Source: Podarcis melisellensis
Lineage: Eukaryota
Direction: 5' to 3' (one strand)
DNA length: 64,000 bases
Assembly (NCBI GenBank): GCA_964234715.1
Contig: OZ174276.1
The position numbers and the translations under genes are program-made. The notes below the pieces were generated by a model, which was not told the origin of the DNA, ran no database searches, and was given only the letters and a program-made list of their open reading frames with translations. Shown piece after piece: positions 25,695 to 40,800 of this stretch (position 1 is the stretch's first letter; each line of letters begins with the position of its first letter).

Positions 25695-26898
25695 TGTTCT
25701 GAGATCCAACTTCCATTAAGCAGTTAGAGCTCTGCAGAGGAAGAACATAAAAAGTAGTGCCCCCCCCCCCAGTTTGGAGCAAAGTTCCATCTATTCCTGC
25801 ATCATTTTCAACAGTAGCCAACCAAATACCTCTGGAACATCACAAACAGGGTATAATGGTTAGAACTATCCCATGTTGATTGGGTCCAAGTACTGGTACT
25901 CAAGTATCCTTCCTTACAACATGGAATTTCCATTTAACTATCTGCACTATTAATTTGCCCTAAATATCCAACCAAATGAGTAGCAATTGCCACATTCTGT
26001 AAGTTAATATACAGAACCATGTCCTTATTTGGGTATTGATCAAGCTAGCAGCCAGTTATATGGCCTGACCCTGATCTGGTACTGTGTGAGAAAACAAGAT
26101 TTCCTTCTTCAAACCCTTTCCTCCAAAATTGTGTTCTTTTTAATTTTATATGTGCAGTATGCTGAATGTGTGTGTTTGTGTGTGTGTTACGTTTTTGTGA
26201 GGTACTGAGGTGAGAGATCACCCCACCTGCATTCTGAAGTGGCATGGTCCGCGGCAGGCTGTATCACATGCTTTTGGCTGAATAGGTAACATTTGTCGCA
26301 GCAGAGTAATTAACATGATCATTCCCAGTCAAACATTAACTCTCACTGCAGCACAGGGCTCAAGAGCCTCTACTTACAACACAGCAAAGAGGACTGAAGG
26401 AATCTGGCTTGCTCTGGTTTTGGTGCTTTAAGGCAGTCCAAGCTGAAGAGCTAATAGGCTTTTATATATGTTTGCACCTATGTCCTAAGAGCCTTAACGA
26501 GGAAAGGAGCTGGTTGCTGGGAATGCAGCTGCTTGCTGGGAAGTAGCATCGCTGTGCTATCTATATAGGCATCGGCCTTCCTCCTTGATAAGCTTTTCCA
26601 ACTCTGAGAACAAACCTCTTTGCATAAAAGCTACCTGATATCAAGAGAAAGGCCACACTCTTAAGATGCAGTTCAGGGAGGTGGGGGTTTCAAGGGAGGG
26701 CAAATCCTTCCATTATTTTTTGTTTTGTTTCCTGCATTCTTGGTAGCAGCCCTCCAGGATTGGTAATCTCCTGCATTCCAGGCTATAGCTATTTTTCACT
26801 ACCTTCAGGCCCAAAATCCAATGGAGTCTGCTGGGGTTCCAGAGAAAGATAGGGACTTCCTGCTTTCTGAGCACTGGCTTTATTTTACCTGGGTCATT

Positions 26899-26900
26899 TG

Positions 26901-26935
<35 letters not shown>

Positions 26936-26936
26936 G
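26899..26936. repeat. Alternating purine/pyrimidine tract (CG)4(CA)12
   Basis: tgcacgcgcgcgcacaca...cacg read directly. Confidence 0.9.
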
Positions 26937-27184
26937 GAGGGAGCCTCAATGGCACCCCTCTGTAGTCTTCACCTGAGGCAAAAAACCTGGCTAGTCCCCC
27001 TTGTAGCTACGGCTCTGGTGTATGTTTCCCTTTCTTCTGCAGTTCTTCCCAGGTAACCATCCTTACTTGGCCTAGGTTGATGGAAATCAGAAAAATAAAA
27101 AGTGGAAGCTTTCCTTTCGCACTGAGGCTGGATCTCACCAGCAAATGGGATGCAAGCCCCATGAAGGGATTGTATAAACACAGT

Positions 27185-27186
27185 GA

Positions 27187-27268
<82 letters not shown>
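27185..27268. repeat. (GAAA)21 microsatellite followed by (GGCA)3
   Basis: Read directly. Confidence 0.95.
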
Positions 27269-27269
<1 letters not shown>

Positions 27270-27904
27270 GCAGGCAGGCATCTGGCAGTCAGCATGAAGG
27301 CCGGTGCTGCCAGGAGATATGCCAACCCCTGTGATGGCATTTGACAAAATGTCATTTTAAATGGGTAAGTGTAGTGCTGACTCGTGTCTTTTGTCAGGCT
27401 GCTCCTCTTGACAGTGTGATATTTATAGCTGAGGCCTCGGAAGAGATGACTGGTACTCCCAGGGAGTTATGAACGGGGAGGCGGACCAGCTTGCACTGGC
27501 AAACATAAATATTTGACATGGTGGAAGGAGAGAAGAGGAACGATGTCCTGCTGAGCTAAGGAAAGGCAAGGGTTCTCGGGGTGCCAAGCTGAGCCCCCTG
27601 CATGGGACCTCCCCACTGTTTCTGTTTGTCCTTGCAGAATGTGGACGTTCCACCTAGAGTCTGTGCCAAGAAGCCCTCCATAAAGGGGGGGGGGGTAAGG
27701 AATTTTAAAAACAGGTAGGTTGTTGCAGTCAGAGCTCTCATTAAGACCTTCACTGAGCTTAGCTTTTGGCCACAAAAATGATTGATAACGAAGCTAGTAC
27801 TCAGGAAGTACAGTGGGGGCAAAAGTGATGTGACCTCTCCCCCAACCTTTCTACAGACAAGGCTTCTGTCTCCTTTCCCCATATTGTAACCTATTACTAC
27901 TGGT

Positions 27905-28030
27905 AATAATCTTATACATAGTGCGTTTAATTTTCAAAGATCTTACAATCTTTTATTCACTTGACCTCATAACAATCCTATGCAGTAGATCACGATGTGT
28001 CCCATTTCACAGATAGGAAACTGATGTGAC
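27905..28030 (-). mobile_element. MIR (CORE-SINE) relic
   Basis: cctcataacaatcctatg...cccatttcacagataggaaactga resembles the MIR core cccattttacagatgaggaaactgag. Confidence 0.7.
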
Positions 28031-28599
28031 AGCTGACCCATGGCCATGCAGTGGTATAAAACCATGTCCCATCAGTGCAATTGGACTTTCCCCCCCTCTC
28101 CTCCACTTGCACTCACCATACACCTTCCACAAATCTGCTCCGGAACAGATTCAGGAAGTGCATGGAGGGTAGGAGAATGTTCTGTTGCTCAAGCAGATGT
28201 TCCTGGGCTTACAGAATGTTCACGGAGTGCTGCGTTGCATGCAACCCTATACCTGCCTATACATCTATCACAAAGCCATTAGAATTGAGAGGCGATTAAA
28301 ATAATTGCATAACTATTGAGTCACTGCTTATCATGATTCATTCTAGAAGCAGACCATCACTATGTTTGGCCTTTCATAAAATGGAACATAATCATAGTGT
28401 TTTGTGCTTTTAAAAATGCCTCTCTCTAAGAAGACCAACCAAGGTAGCCAGCAATTATATCCAGAGTGTGGGAATAAGCCTTGACTTAATGATGGGAAAC
28501 TTAGACAATGTGTCCCATAGTAGGGCCTTCCTGGGACTACAACGTGCAAGCGGGAATTGTGTGAATGGGAGCCAGACTAGACCACTGGTTCAGCCCTGG

Positions 28600-28802
28600 C
28601 AAATGTATGTGGTGCTCTTGAATTCTTCCAGAATCCTCACTCACCCAAGAAGGTCGCTGGATGACTTTGGGCCAATCAACCATCTCTCAGCCTAACCTAT
28701 CACACAAGGTTGTGGTGAGGATAAAATGGAGAGAAGGGAGAACAATGTAAGCCACTTTGAGCTCCTTGGAGGAAATGCAATGTATAAATGTAATAATAAT
28801 AC
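28600..28802 (+). mobile_element. MIR/Ther1-related SINE with L2-like tail (similar copy about 59820-59985)
   Basis: ctctcagcctaacctatcacacaaggttgtggtgaggataaaatgg...ttgagctccttggaggaaa...tataaatgtaataataat. Confidence 0.7.
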
Positions 28803-31800
28803 AAATGGGGTACAAGAAATAAGAAAAGCTAAAAGAATTAGCTGGGCACTTTAAGGACTTGCCAAGGCATGTTTAAGGCAGCAGGGGGTGGGGGGAGCTC
28901 CTGTATGTCACACATTTTCCATACATTACCTGGAAAGAAAAAGGAATGGCATTAGATATGGCTGCTGCTAGTGATGTGCACAGTAAACAGAACTAAGCAA
29001 GAGTGTTATAGACAAGCATGTGGAGGATTAGGAAGGAAGCATATTTTGTCGAAGATTGATTATCTGCAGCCCCCGCACTGGCCAAGGCTTCTTAGCATTT
29101 TTCACAGCCATATTGTTGACATATCCAAACTATCTGTGGTTTAATCCAATGCTAACATGAGACCCTTGCATGCAGAAACTACTCCCAATAAAATCCTGAA
29201 GTCCCTTCTGACTTCTTTGCTATAAGGCCAGAGACTTATGAAAAATGATGTAGCCGAATAAGTCAGCGTTCTTCATCTTAAACGACTGAACATCCCTAAC
29301 CCATCGAAGACAATTTTGCATAAAATGCAGCCCAAGAAGGAGTGAAGCACACCATCCATCTAATAATCATCATATTCCATTACAGTTTTGGGGAAACTGC
29401 TAAAACTGCTAAAAAAGCAGGAGAAACATGAGTCAGAAGACAACCAAGACCAGGCTAACACAGTTTTGTCACTGTGGAAATATATATTTGGGTCCAGGAT
29501 TAAACAAATATGCGGTAATAATTACAACACTATTTGAAGTTTTGCGGGAGGTGTTTTTACATGTGATTTTTGCTACTTGCTGCTGAAACTCTGGACAGGG
29601 AAGAAGACAAATGGAACAAACTAAACAAAAACTTGATCGACACCAGTCAAGTTCACAAAAAATTACTAGCCTGAAAAATATGTACTAGCTTGCTGGTGGC
29701 TGGCAGAGGAGCGAAGGAAAGTGCTGTCTTTCTCACAGCACCTTGTGGCATTTGCATCCCGGGTGCAGAAGATGGGGCTTCCCTTCTCTGGCAGCCCACT
29801 TGGGTTCTTCAACAGGCATAGGGGAAAATCCTGTCAATCGTTGACTAGCCTGTTCACTTGCCTGTGCACAATTCTTTGACACCTAGGGTTACCAAGTGAG
29901 TGCTTAAATGCAAGGATAACTGAAAACTTACACAGGCCAAACCTGAAAAAGGTTCTGCGGTAGTAGATACAGGGTTTCAAATACCTGTGCTGCTAACTGA
30001 CCTTCTCCAATGTGCAGGGTTTCACAAATTTTTGTCTCTGGCTGCTTTTGGAATATAATTCCCATCATTCCACTGGTCCTGCTAGCTAGGGATGATGGGA
30101 GTTGTAGTCCAAAAACAGCAAGAGACCCAAGTTTGGGAAACCACATAGTAGTGTATGCACAGTACATATTTTTTTATAAACATTTTACTAGGGGGGTTAT
30201 AATTTTGATTGCAGCATTTGTGCTTTATTGGTGCAAAATTTGGAGTTCAGTGACACAGAAGCTGGATCGTGCTCCTGGCTTAAATGCAATCATGTTTCTG
30301 GCCATGAGCATCATCCATCCAACAACATGGACAACTGCAGCGTCTAAGAAGATGCTACAAGCATTATAGTCAATGAAGTTTCACAATGTTGAGTTCGGTC
30401 CAAATCAGGGGTGGAGAGCCATGCACTGTTGAAGTAGGACTCCCAGCATCCCTGGCCATGCTGGCTGGGGCTGAGTTGTAACCCAACAACACCTGGAGGT
30501 TCACAGACTCCCCACTCTCATCTCAGTCAAGCAATGCTTTTCATGTGTTCCGCACACAGGCACTCACAAAATATGCTTGCCACACAACACCACTAGTAGA
30601 ACACATGAGCAAGCACACATACACTGAAGTGTATTGAGCGGCTTTTCAGGCATGATGCTACCATAGCGAGGATGAGATCCTTTCCCACACAAATGCATGG
30701 AATATTAGTGTGATGACATGTTGTTATGCAATTTTGAACTACCCATATGACCTGCAGCTGGGCTTGTGCTCCTGCAGAAGGCAGCAACTAATAGCAAGCT
30801 CCATATCCTACCACTGCAGCTATATTGTGCAGAGAGTCTATGGAGGGAAAACAAGCAAACAAATGCAAAGGAAGAGGATGGTTTAAGATCACACAGCTGA
30901 GATCCCAGAGGCGCCTCTAAGCCCTAGCAATATTTTCTAATAAACTTGGTGTTATCTCCTGCCACACAGGAACAAAGACTAGGATAAATGAATAGCAATA
31001 AGACGAAGTATGTGTTGGGCATGGCACAAAAATGTGAGCGGGAAATAGGATCCAGGTGTAACGAACTCTCCCAGGCTGCCCCTCTTTGAAAATAGCAGCT
31101 GTGTGGGCAGACAGGGAAATCACTGGGTAATATCTAAGGCAGATTAAAAATAATAACGATCCGATTTTTAAAAGTTTCTTGCACTTTATAACTTGCCCTT
31201 CCCCAAATGAACCCTCTATGAAACACAATCTGAGTTCACTACACGGTATGCAGAGGCTAACTAAAAGTAACAATGGTTTATTAAAACAATTAGAAAAAAA
31301 TAAACATAACTAACCCATGGGTCTCTCTAGAAAACATAGTAAGATAAAGGGGCCACGCTTCCACATCAATAAATAACCAAAGAGGAAATTGCTAGATTTA
31401 AGTCCTGTGCCAACACCACTAGCATATTGTGACATAGCAAGAAGTGATCAGCCTAAAGATAAGCACACCTGTCACCTGAGAGGTGAAACCTACTGACATG
31501 TCAGTGTGCTGGTCACCCACAGAAGAACAAAAGTCGTGGGGAGAAAACGGGTGTCTGAAAATGGCTTAGCTGCTCTAAGGCACAGAGAAGGCAGCTCTCA
31601 CATTTCACAAGGACATTTCTCCTCTGGTTTCCCAGCCCCTCCCTCCTCTCCCCTCTTTCCCTCCCTCTTTTCCTTGCACCTGCATGAATGATGAATGGCT
31701 CTGTCCCCATTTGCAGGTCTAGCCAACACGCTGGGGAAGCTGCAGGGAGGGCTCCAACTGGAGCACTTGCAGCAGACTAGAAAGAAATAAAAGCAAGGAA

Positions 31801-34733
31801 GCTTGCGGAGAGATTTTAGATTAAGCAGGTGATGAATCAAATAAGCAAAATAACGAAGCAACCTACGCCTGCTCTCCACGCCCCCCTCTCCACAACCACA
31901 ACTCCCAAGCTGTGAGAAAGGAACTGGCTCTCAGAAGCTGAGAATATGGGTGGGGAGGGATGGAGCAAAGATGCTTCCTCAATTGTCAGGATGACTCCTA
32001 GCTCATCCTTGGTCACAAAACTCCTTGGGCTGGCAAATCTGCCGTGTCAAATGGAACAAGCATTTGGGCAAATATTTGTTAAAAATGTCATTCCACTTAT
32101 TGTTCTAGGGGTGCAAGGCAAAACAACAGATCTGAGCTTTCAGAGATACTATAAGGGATGCTTCAAGGGTATAGCTAACCTGCAGAGGAAGGGAACCTCT
32201 TTGCTTTTTTTGCCCACACTCCTCGTTGCATTACTTTCTTGGGGAAACACTTTCCCCTGTGCTATGACCTGGGGTGGCCTCTGGTCTTTCCTCTCTTCAG
32301 ATCTAGGCATGTTTTAAAAAGATAGCAGACACTTCTGTTTTTCAGAAGCCTGTTGAGAGAATGCACACTTCCCTGCAAAACTGGAATGCCGGCTATTCTT
32401 ACCCTGAACTGCATGCAAGCTTCTGTGTAATTTGTATGGCTGTGATTTGTGAAATAAATTAACAGTTTTAAAAAATTACATGCAACTTGAGAAATGGCAG
32501 GAGCATTCATCAGAAAGCCAGTAAGGAAATGCACTAAAATAAAAAAGCATAGTTAGCACCGGAAAAAAACACCGGTAGTCCAGTTCTGCTGATTTCATGC
32601 TATCTCTAACACCACCTATTATATGGTATGTCTGCCCATAGCATAGGTTACTCCAGCCTGGTGTTTTAGACACCAACTCCCATCAGGTAGGATGGCCAAG
32701 ACAAGGATGATGGGAGTCCAAAACATCTGGAGTCCCCTGGGAATACGGACTATTAACCCCTTCTGGAAACTGCAGCTTTGTGAGGAAAATAGGGGACTCC
32801 TAACAACCCTAAGAACCCTTAACAAATGACAGTTCCCAGGATTCTTTCGGGAAAGCTATGACTCTTAAAGTGGTATTCCAGTGTGGGTGCAGTCAGGACA
32901 AGAATCCGTGGGAATGCTGCCACAGATCTAGCCAGCTATCTTCAACTTTTCAAGACCTGTAAGCAGACTCACCTTTAGTCCAAACATGTGCTGGGGGACC
33001 CACTTCTCCTTTTTATTTTTTTACCATACGCTTGTCTGGTGGTAGTGCTGTTGCTGAAACCCATTTTAGGTCAGGCTACAGGTACCTGGTAGTGAGTCCC
33101 AATCCAGTAGCTGAAATCCAGTGATCATTCTAGGCCTTCTCAGGTGTATTTGCTTTTCAGATCTCAGCAAAACCATGTGAAATGTTTGTGATTTGAAGGA
33201 ACATCTTGAACATATAGGGTGAAAAGTCAGGAAGTAAAGCTAGCAGCAAGGTCAGGCTCCCAAGCATGTACTGAGCTCAAGGGCCTTTGCTCAACGTCTA
33301 GATTATTTTTATCCTGCCGTGTGATCTCTTCCCAGTCCCCTGAAATCCCATTCCAAAGAAAGGCTGGGAAAACTGTGTCTGAAAGCCCAACAATTTCATA
33401 TCCTGTCTAGTTTTCTCACTCCAAGGAGGGGAAACAAATTCTAAAAACAGCATGTATGATACTTGGGCTTTCCATCTTTAGACTAGAGAGTTGGGAGACA
33501 GAATTGTATGTGGCTGTGATTTCACATGGAGTGTCTACATAGGCTTGGGAAATATGTGCTCAAGTATCATGGTGCATATCTATTATAGCTTATTCCCAAA
33601 TTCAAAGAAGATTGTCAATGCTTACAACTCCCCCACCACAACCCCCCCCTCTCTCTCTATATAAATGTATATGGGTTGAATTTAGTGGTGGGGGATTTAT
33701 TCACAAAGGTCTTTCCATTGCTTTCAAATAAGGAGCGGAACTGTCTTCTGTGCCCTCCAGATCAAATGAAATCTAGCCTACTCACATTTACAAAGGTTGC
33801 CAACCACTGGCCAATGCAAATTTTCACTATCCGTAATACTAAAAAACAAATCAGGAATAAAGGACGTAACAGGAGCCAGGATTGGTGAACACGGCAGGAC
33901 AACCAAAAGATACAGAGGCCCAGAAGATCTCAAGAGGACCTTGTTGTTTGAGCAAGCTTAGCTGCAGGAGGAAGCCCTCTTATAGTCCTTCCTACCCAAG
34001 GGGATTTCACAGCTTGTCTGTGTGGGCAGGGTCAGTTCAGAGCCAGAAGGTAGTAAACTGCTTATGCAGAGACTGCAACTTGCAATTCAGCAGCTCACTC
34101 CATGGACACCTGCAAACAAACCCAAAGGCTCCAATTTCTAACCCCAGCAGCTTTTGACAGATGCAATTATAGATTCAGACTTTGCACTGTAGTTCAGTTA
34201 TTTGCCCAGCATTTGATGAGGTAAACACGTAAAGCAAGAACCATGTCTCCTGTAGATGCATGGCACGGAGTCGCAGAAAACAGTAGGTATTGGGTGAGTG
34301 TGAATGCAATGCAAGCTCCCAAGTACTTAAGTGTACAGGTATTCACTTAACAAACAGTAAGCATGGTTCAAACCATGGCACCATGGAAGTGTGAAGAACC
34401 TCAGTACTAACTCAAAGACTAGCCAGGTGACAGGAAGGTTCAAGCTCAGGTTAAGAAGGCACAAGAAAGCTATTAGTATCCTGTGTCCTCCTTGAGCATT
34501 AAGCATGACCTTGGAAAGGAATCAAAGCCCTGTTGTACCTGGTGCAATAAGTGTATCTGGGAGTGCCAGATGATCTTTGCAGTCAAGAGAAAAGCTACTA
34601 CTGAGACCAAGCCCCAGTGAATGGAGACAAAGGTCTTGACATATTTACAGAAGAACACAATCCTCTTGAAGGCCCTGAGATCAGGCCAGCAAGCATCACA
34701 GCCTATCACACCAGGCCCTGAGAGCACTTACAG

Positions 34734-34867
34734 CAGGTGTGGGGAACACCTTTGGTCCTCCAGATGTCGCTGTGCTACGACTCCCATCAAACCCAGCAAG
34801 CATGGGCCTCAGATGATGGGAACTGCAGTTCAGCAACATCTGAAGGGCCAAAGATGTATCACACCTG
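34734..34867. mobile_element. hAT MITE, 134 bp, with 8-bp TSD
   Basis: Ends CAGGTGTG.. and ..CACACCTG, flanks ACTTACAG / ACTTAAAG (7/8), internal dyad actcccatca/tgatgggaact. Confidence 0.85.
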
Positions 34868-37800
34868 ACTTAAAGGCAGCTCACAAATGGCAAGAAATCC
34901 AAACAGACTTAAAACCATCCTACCAGCCTGAGAACAAACGTCATCTCTGCTGCTGCAGTTACCTCTCCCTCGACAAAAAAAGGGAACTATTCTATTACAT
35001 GGATGGAAGGAGGTAGAAAATTAAAGGTGAAGAGGGTAAGAATAGCTGTTTTTTTCTATCTGAATTCTTCCAATGGGTCAAAAGCTGCTTTTGTATTATA
35101 AAAGTGGTCAACACCAGTTTTTTATCAGATCAACAGGCTACAGTTCACTGCTCTGTCGAGCCCAATGCAATCCTTCCATGGAGTCGCTGGTCTGTCCCTA
35201 ACTTGTCATTAACCAGGATCCCCCAAGGGCCAATTCAAATATTCAGCTATTAAGGATGTACAGCCCACTCACTTGAATGTACTACCTCAGCTTCTACATG
35301 GGAAGTCATAAAAATGACTACCCAGTGTCAAACTGGTCCAGAAGCACCCATTAATGGCAGGCAACTTGGAGACGAGCAGCACAGAAATACTTCAACTAGC
35401 AGACAAGAAACACCAAAATTCACTCCTAGTGTTCAGATCCGCTCTCACTTCTGAACCTGCTCAAGTCTCACAGTGCCTTCTGCAGTTCTGAGAAAAATAC
35501 CAGGAAAGAAAGAGCAGTCAGTTTCTCAGGACAAATATGTAAGCCTTAAAAAGCAGGTATTGTTTTAAGACAAGCAACAAGACATGGCCAGGTTCCCAAC
35601 AATAGAACTGCCCCTGTGCTCAAGAATTGCAGGGGCCTGAAATTTATAGTTCTGAAATGAAAGTTTGCACTTCAGGAGAAAGCCGTAACTAGATAGCCAC
35701 AGAATACAGAGTCCTTCCAGATTGGTGGTTTGTTTTTTTCCAGGTGCATGCTGCAACATGTCATTGACGCAACAAAAGTGTGTTAGTGTTGGGTTTGTTC
35801 CTGGACCTTCCACACATCATTCACCTTTATTTCTTGTTCTGTGAGGCTTCCCCCATGCTACTGCATTACTGCTGTCTGGGAGGCCCCTCTTGCAACAAAA
35901 TGAGGACAAATAAAAAATGCCCCAGAACGTATGTGGTACAAAAGCAGGTGCAAAACATATTGAAAGTGGGGTCACATATAACCACCATGATGCCATCGAA
36001 GCCACAATAGAAAAGATGTCTGGTGGTGTCCCATGCAGTATATTGTATTATCATAATCTAGGCACTGTGTGTGAGGCAAAAGCTCTGTATATATTTTGTT
36101 GTCTATTTGGCAACCCTACAGTTTTTTTTCCAGTCTGCCCTACTCAATGGGGTACACCTTCCAGCAACTGTATGATGTCTCCCCCCTTCTCCACAGTTCA
36201 CAGTTGTGTGAGAATCTCATGGTTCTGGGCCACCAGTGCTGGAAGCAAACAGTGAGGCCAGATATCACATTTGAACCCCCTGTAGCCTCCTGCTTTTCAG
36301 TAAGCATTCTCAGCATCATACACTCAGCTCAGATAATTCATCCAGAATAAAAATAATTTCCCAATGATACGATTATAATTGCTAACAAACCCACCCTTAA
36401 ATGTTAATATAGTCAGCTATTTCTGTCCACACTGATTTTTCTCACCCTTTTAATACATGGAGGGTGGTTCTTTTTCCTCTTCTAACCCCTTGTTACGCTT
36501 TTGATCAAGGGTGCGTTTTTTACAATCACAAATGAATTTTAGGTTGGCCCTTTCAGCCTAACAGATGAATGGGAAAAGTCCACTTATAAAGAGCTCCAAT
36601 AATTAGCTATGATAATTTAACAATGCTCTGAGTGAACTAATATTATCTCTAGAGCTCTCATTAAAAAAAACAACACTAAAAAACCCCCACCACTCTGCAA
36701 CTGCAACTCTGCAAAACTGTCATATGGGAAGGAACCATTCCAGGTTTTTTTCAGTTTATAAATATTTCATCCACTCCCGGGGCCATTGTGACACTTTCCT
36801 AACCCCCATTGTCCTGCAGTTTGTTTGCACCTTATGCGCTTTCTACATTGCCATCAAAGGAGGACTTCCATGTTTCTTCTTTACTTCCGTCTATTAACAC
36901 ATCATTGCAACATATCTTATTAGGGTCCATCCCTTCCCGGTGGAAAATTTCTGAAGATGTTGTGGCATGACCACATTCCCCATTATGGCAACAATTATCC
37001 CTGCTCAACTACAATCACTGTTATTATAAGATTTTTTGGGAAACATAGCCAAGGGCATGCATAGGGTAGAGACACTCTTTCCTGAAGGCCAACATTTTTG
37101 CAGTTTTTCTCTCAGCACTGCTATAGAATATAAACTGGAGTCAGCACAAAATGAATGGCTGCAGCCTTAAAGCAGCACCCATATTTTCCATTCTGTCCTA
37201 TATGGGTTCCTCTAATACTCTTCCCTTACTACAGTATCTGAGTTACCAACAAGCCACCAGTGTATTGACATCTGGCAGGCTCAGAGATACAGTCACCCTG
37301 AGCTTAAAAGCTAACAGCAGATGAGAAAAACTTCTGTTATTCATGGCATCTGATTAACTCATTGGTATTAATGATCTGCACACAATGCAAAGTTATGACA
37401 TTTGTTTAGGTCACAGGGATCTGGAGTACAAATTTGTTGTGAAGACACAGAGGAAATGGACTATCTAGAGACTCCAGAAATACTGTCCTCATGTCCTCAG
37501 AGTGTTAATGTCCAGAGGAGAATGAATGAATGAAGATGGGTGGGGAGGGAAGAGCAATAGAATCTGTCTATATTTAAGCAAATATTCCACACACACCCTC
37601 CAAGATTCAGACATTTGTCTGCACTGCCCAAATATTACCCCTTTTCGTTGGTTTGCCTGTTTGACAATTCCTGTTCTGCCGGAAAACCTTTTATTTGCCC
37701 TTTATTTCATGGTACTTCTATGACAAGACACTTCAGACTGAAGGTTAATAATCCACAACACCGGAAAAAGTATGAACAGAGTGTGAATTAGGTGCAGGAC

Positions 37801-40800
37801 TGCACTGCCATATATCATGTTTTCATGGGTTGAAACCATCCGTATATCAGCCAGAGGTCTAGAATCTCCACATCACCTATACGTGCAACTACACTGAAGA
37901 AATGAAAAGCTACAATAAGGGGAAGACATACTTTCCAGACTCTGAATTAAAGTTCTGTACTACAGATTCTCCTCTTCCTCAATCATCAATCATAGAAGCC
38001 TACTGGACTGAAGTACATATGGCTGTCCAGGATGGCCAATGATAATAAATGACAGGTTGTGTGGTCCAGCAACAATATCTCAATGGCCACAGGTTCCTCT
38101 TGTTGGGAGGGAATTTTGGGCAGCAGATAAAGAAAGTGGAAGAATGGGCTGAGAAGGAGGATGGCTCTCTCACCAAGATCCGTTCAAACTCTCCTCTTTC
38201 AGTGCCAAGCATTATTCTCCCAACCATCAGCTAAAAATCTACCTATGCGACCAAGGAAGAAATCCATTCAAAGGTGAAGTGTTATCACTTGTGATGTCTC
38301 AGTTGCATTCCATGGATGTATCAACACTTAGTACCCGCACTGGTGCTGGCAATGGTAAGGCCATGTGGCTGTGGGTTTTGATGTGAGGTTGTCCATATGT
38401 GTGAGAGCACCACAGCCAATCTCATTGCAAGCCTTGCTAAGAAGAGAGTGCCTCCCCCCATCTTTCTCAATGAAGAGCCATTAAATCCAGAATTGCACTT
38501 GATTTAAAGAGTTGTGTTATGCAAGTCTCTAGCCACTCTGAGAAAATATTTAACTGGAGCAAAGCTTTTGCAGGAATATGGGCCAAACTATCACGTCTCG
38601 ATATAATTTACTTTCAAAATATCAGCAAATATGGAAATCACATTCTTTGAGTCGTTTTTAATATCAGAAGATGAATTTTTAGAAGACGGGTGCAGGGCAC
38701 AACTAGCCTGCTAGATCAGGACGTACCCGACTCAGACCTGGGCTTGGCATACAAGTGTGAGTTGCGTGCTATTGTTTTTTTAAAAAAGCAATAATTTAGA
38801 AAGGGCAATTATTCATTCGATTATGAAGGGTAACAATTATCATATTACCATAGATCATGTTATTTCCCCTGGAGTGCACTACAATAGTTCAGTATAACAA
38901 ATGGCAAGAAGGTGCCAAGAACTGAGTAATAAATAATACTTTTGAATATTTTTCAGAAGGTTGACCCGGTATGCGTATGTACATATCAACACATGTACCC
39001 ACTTCACCCTGTAGCTCAAATCTGTCCTCAAGAACAACCATCCACTCAGGAGATGACTAAATCATATGTCCCATCACCAGCCTGGTCTAACCAAGCCATA
39101 CCTATTTTATTGCTAGAGTTGCCTAGGACCCCACATTCACCTCACTGTCTCCTTGCAAGCGACTCGCCTTGAGAAATTTCATTTCCAGAAACCTCATTTT
39201 CTGGGTCATGAGGAGGACGTGAGGGAGATATCATCTCCAGGACCCTGTGAGCCTGGAGCGTAGATTCAAAATGACAAGCAGCCAGTGCCTGACTACTGGG
39301 CACAATAGATCTATTAATTAGGAAGCATTTTGTATTGTGTTTGCCAAGGTACAAATGAAGGGAAACTGTTTGCAGAAAGCATAACCCCCAACCTACAAAC
39401 CCTTTCTCCAGGGGAATCTAGAATTCCACAGGAGTCAGACAGTGCTGTTCTCTACCCTGCACTGCTTGTTCTCCAGGTCACCAGAACCAAAATGTTCTTG
39501 GTACAAAGATAGATAGATGAGGCTATGACATTCCCCCAATCATCTTGCCTTCTTATCCTTGTTACTAGAAAAAAATACTTACATTAATTTAGGTTTGTTT
39601 GAGCAGTCCCTCCACCCCCATTCAAATCTACAGATCTCCTGGCACCAGTGCCTGAAATGCTATTTGCCACAGAGGAAAACTGATGTTGGAAACCCTGTAT
39701 TTGGGGGAAGACTGGGGCTTGACCCTTTGCCTAGAAAGGGAAAAGCATATGACCACTTCTATCCAAAAGTTCTGAAAGAACTTAAATCTGAATTCACCCT
39801 CTCTCTTTCTCTGGGGGCTTCTGGTCAAAAGAACTGCAGCCAGCGGATGAAACCCAAGGTGCAGCTTCATTTCTGGAGGAGGCTATTTGCTAAAATGGGC
39901 TTACATGCCTGGCACAGCACACAATAGCGTTTCAAGGTAGCTGCGTAATATGCCCCCTTCATAAACTTTGAATGGCTCCAGCTCTCCGGCAGCAAGGAAA
40001 GCAGCTTGCAAATGTCATGTGAGCGGCAGCTCCAGTTACCCGGGGCCCAACTGTGCTGCATCTCTACCTTGCTATTATCTGATCCATCTCCCTGCTTGGG
40101 AGCAGACCATCATCCACTCCTTTGATACTGTTGCTTTCGGTGGCTAGGAGCTGCTGGACTCTGAATGCAGCTGGTGCCCTTAAGCGGACTCCAACGCCTC
40201 CAATGTCACCTTGGCAAGAAATGCTGCAGCTCAAACTTTGGAAGGGGGGCAGGAGAAGAAAGCAGGAAACAGATAAAGGCGGCACTGTGACTCTGCTTGA
40301 GAAGGAGAAAGAGTCATGGAGAATGGGAATAAGGGATCGCCACTGCAAAAGATCTCTGCTCTATCTGCGCCCACTGGCCTGCCAAACAAGGCTATGCAAA
40401 ATAAAAATAGGTCAGTACAGGAGCCTGGACAGACGGTGCCTGTTGCATCCCCACCTTGCTATCCACCTGCAGACTTCATGCCCTACACCCTTTGCACCTA
40501 ACACCATTGCAGACACCCCCACCCCACCAACCATAGAGAATGCAAAGCAAACTACATTTCTTTCAGCAAAGAGCAGATAACCTAACCTTGGCACCCTAGG
40601 CTGGCATCTGGTTCCATAGTTCTGCAATCCTGCTTTTCCAAATGACCCAGCAGATGCAGAATGTTACCTAAAGATATGCTAAATTGGCTCATGTATATAA
40701 GCAAACAGAGACGGTTGCAACTAGGTATATTAGTCTCTGCTACTCATGACAGGTACAGCCACTCCTGGCACACTGCCGCTACTTGGTACTGAACGGATCT

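Noticed and set aside
25497-27355. ORFs with SFFL/ERKK repeats
   Set aside because: Translations of (GAAA)n microsatellites.
36400-37130. Possible decayed coding or retroelement sequence on the minus strand
   Set aside because: Manual translation gave stop-interrupted frames with no recognisable domain.
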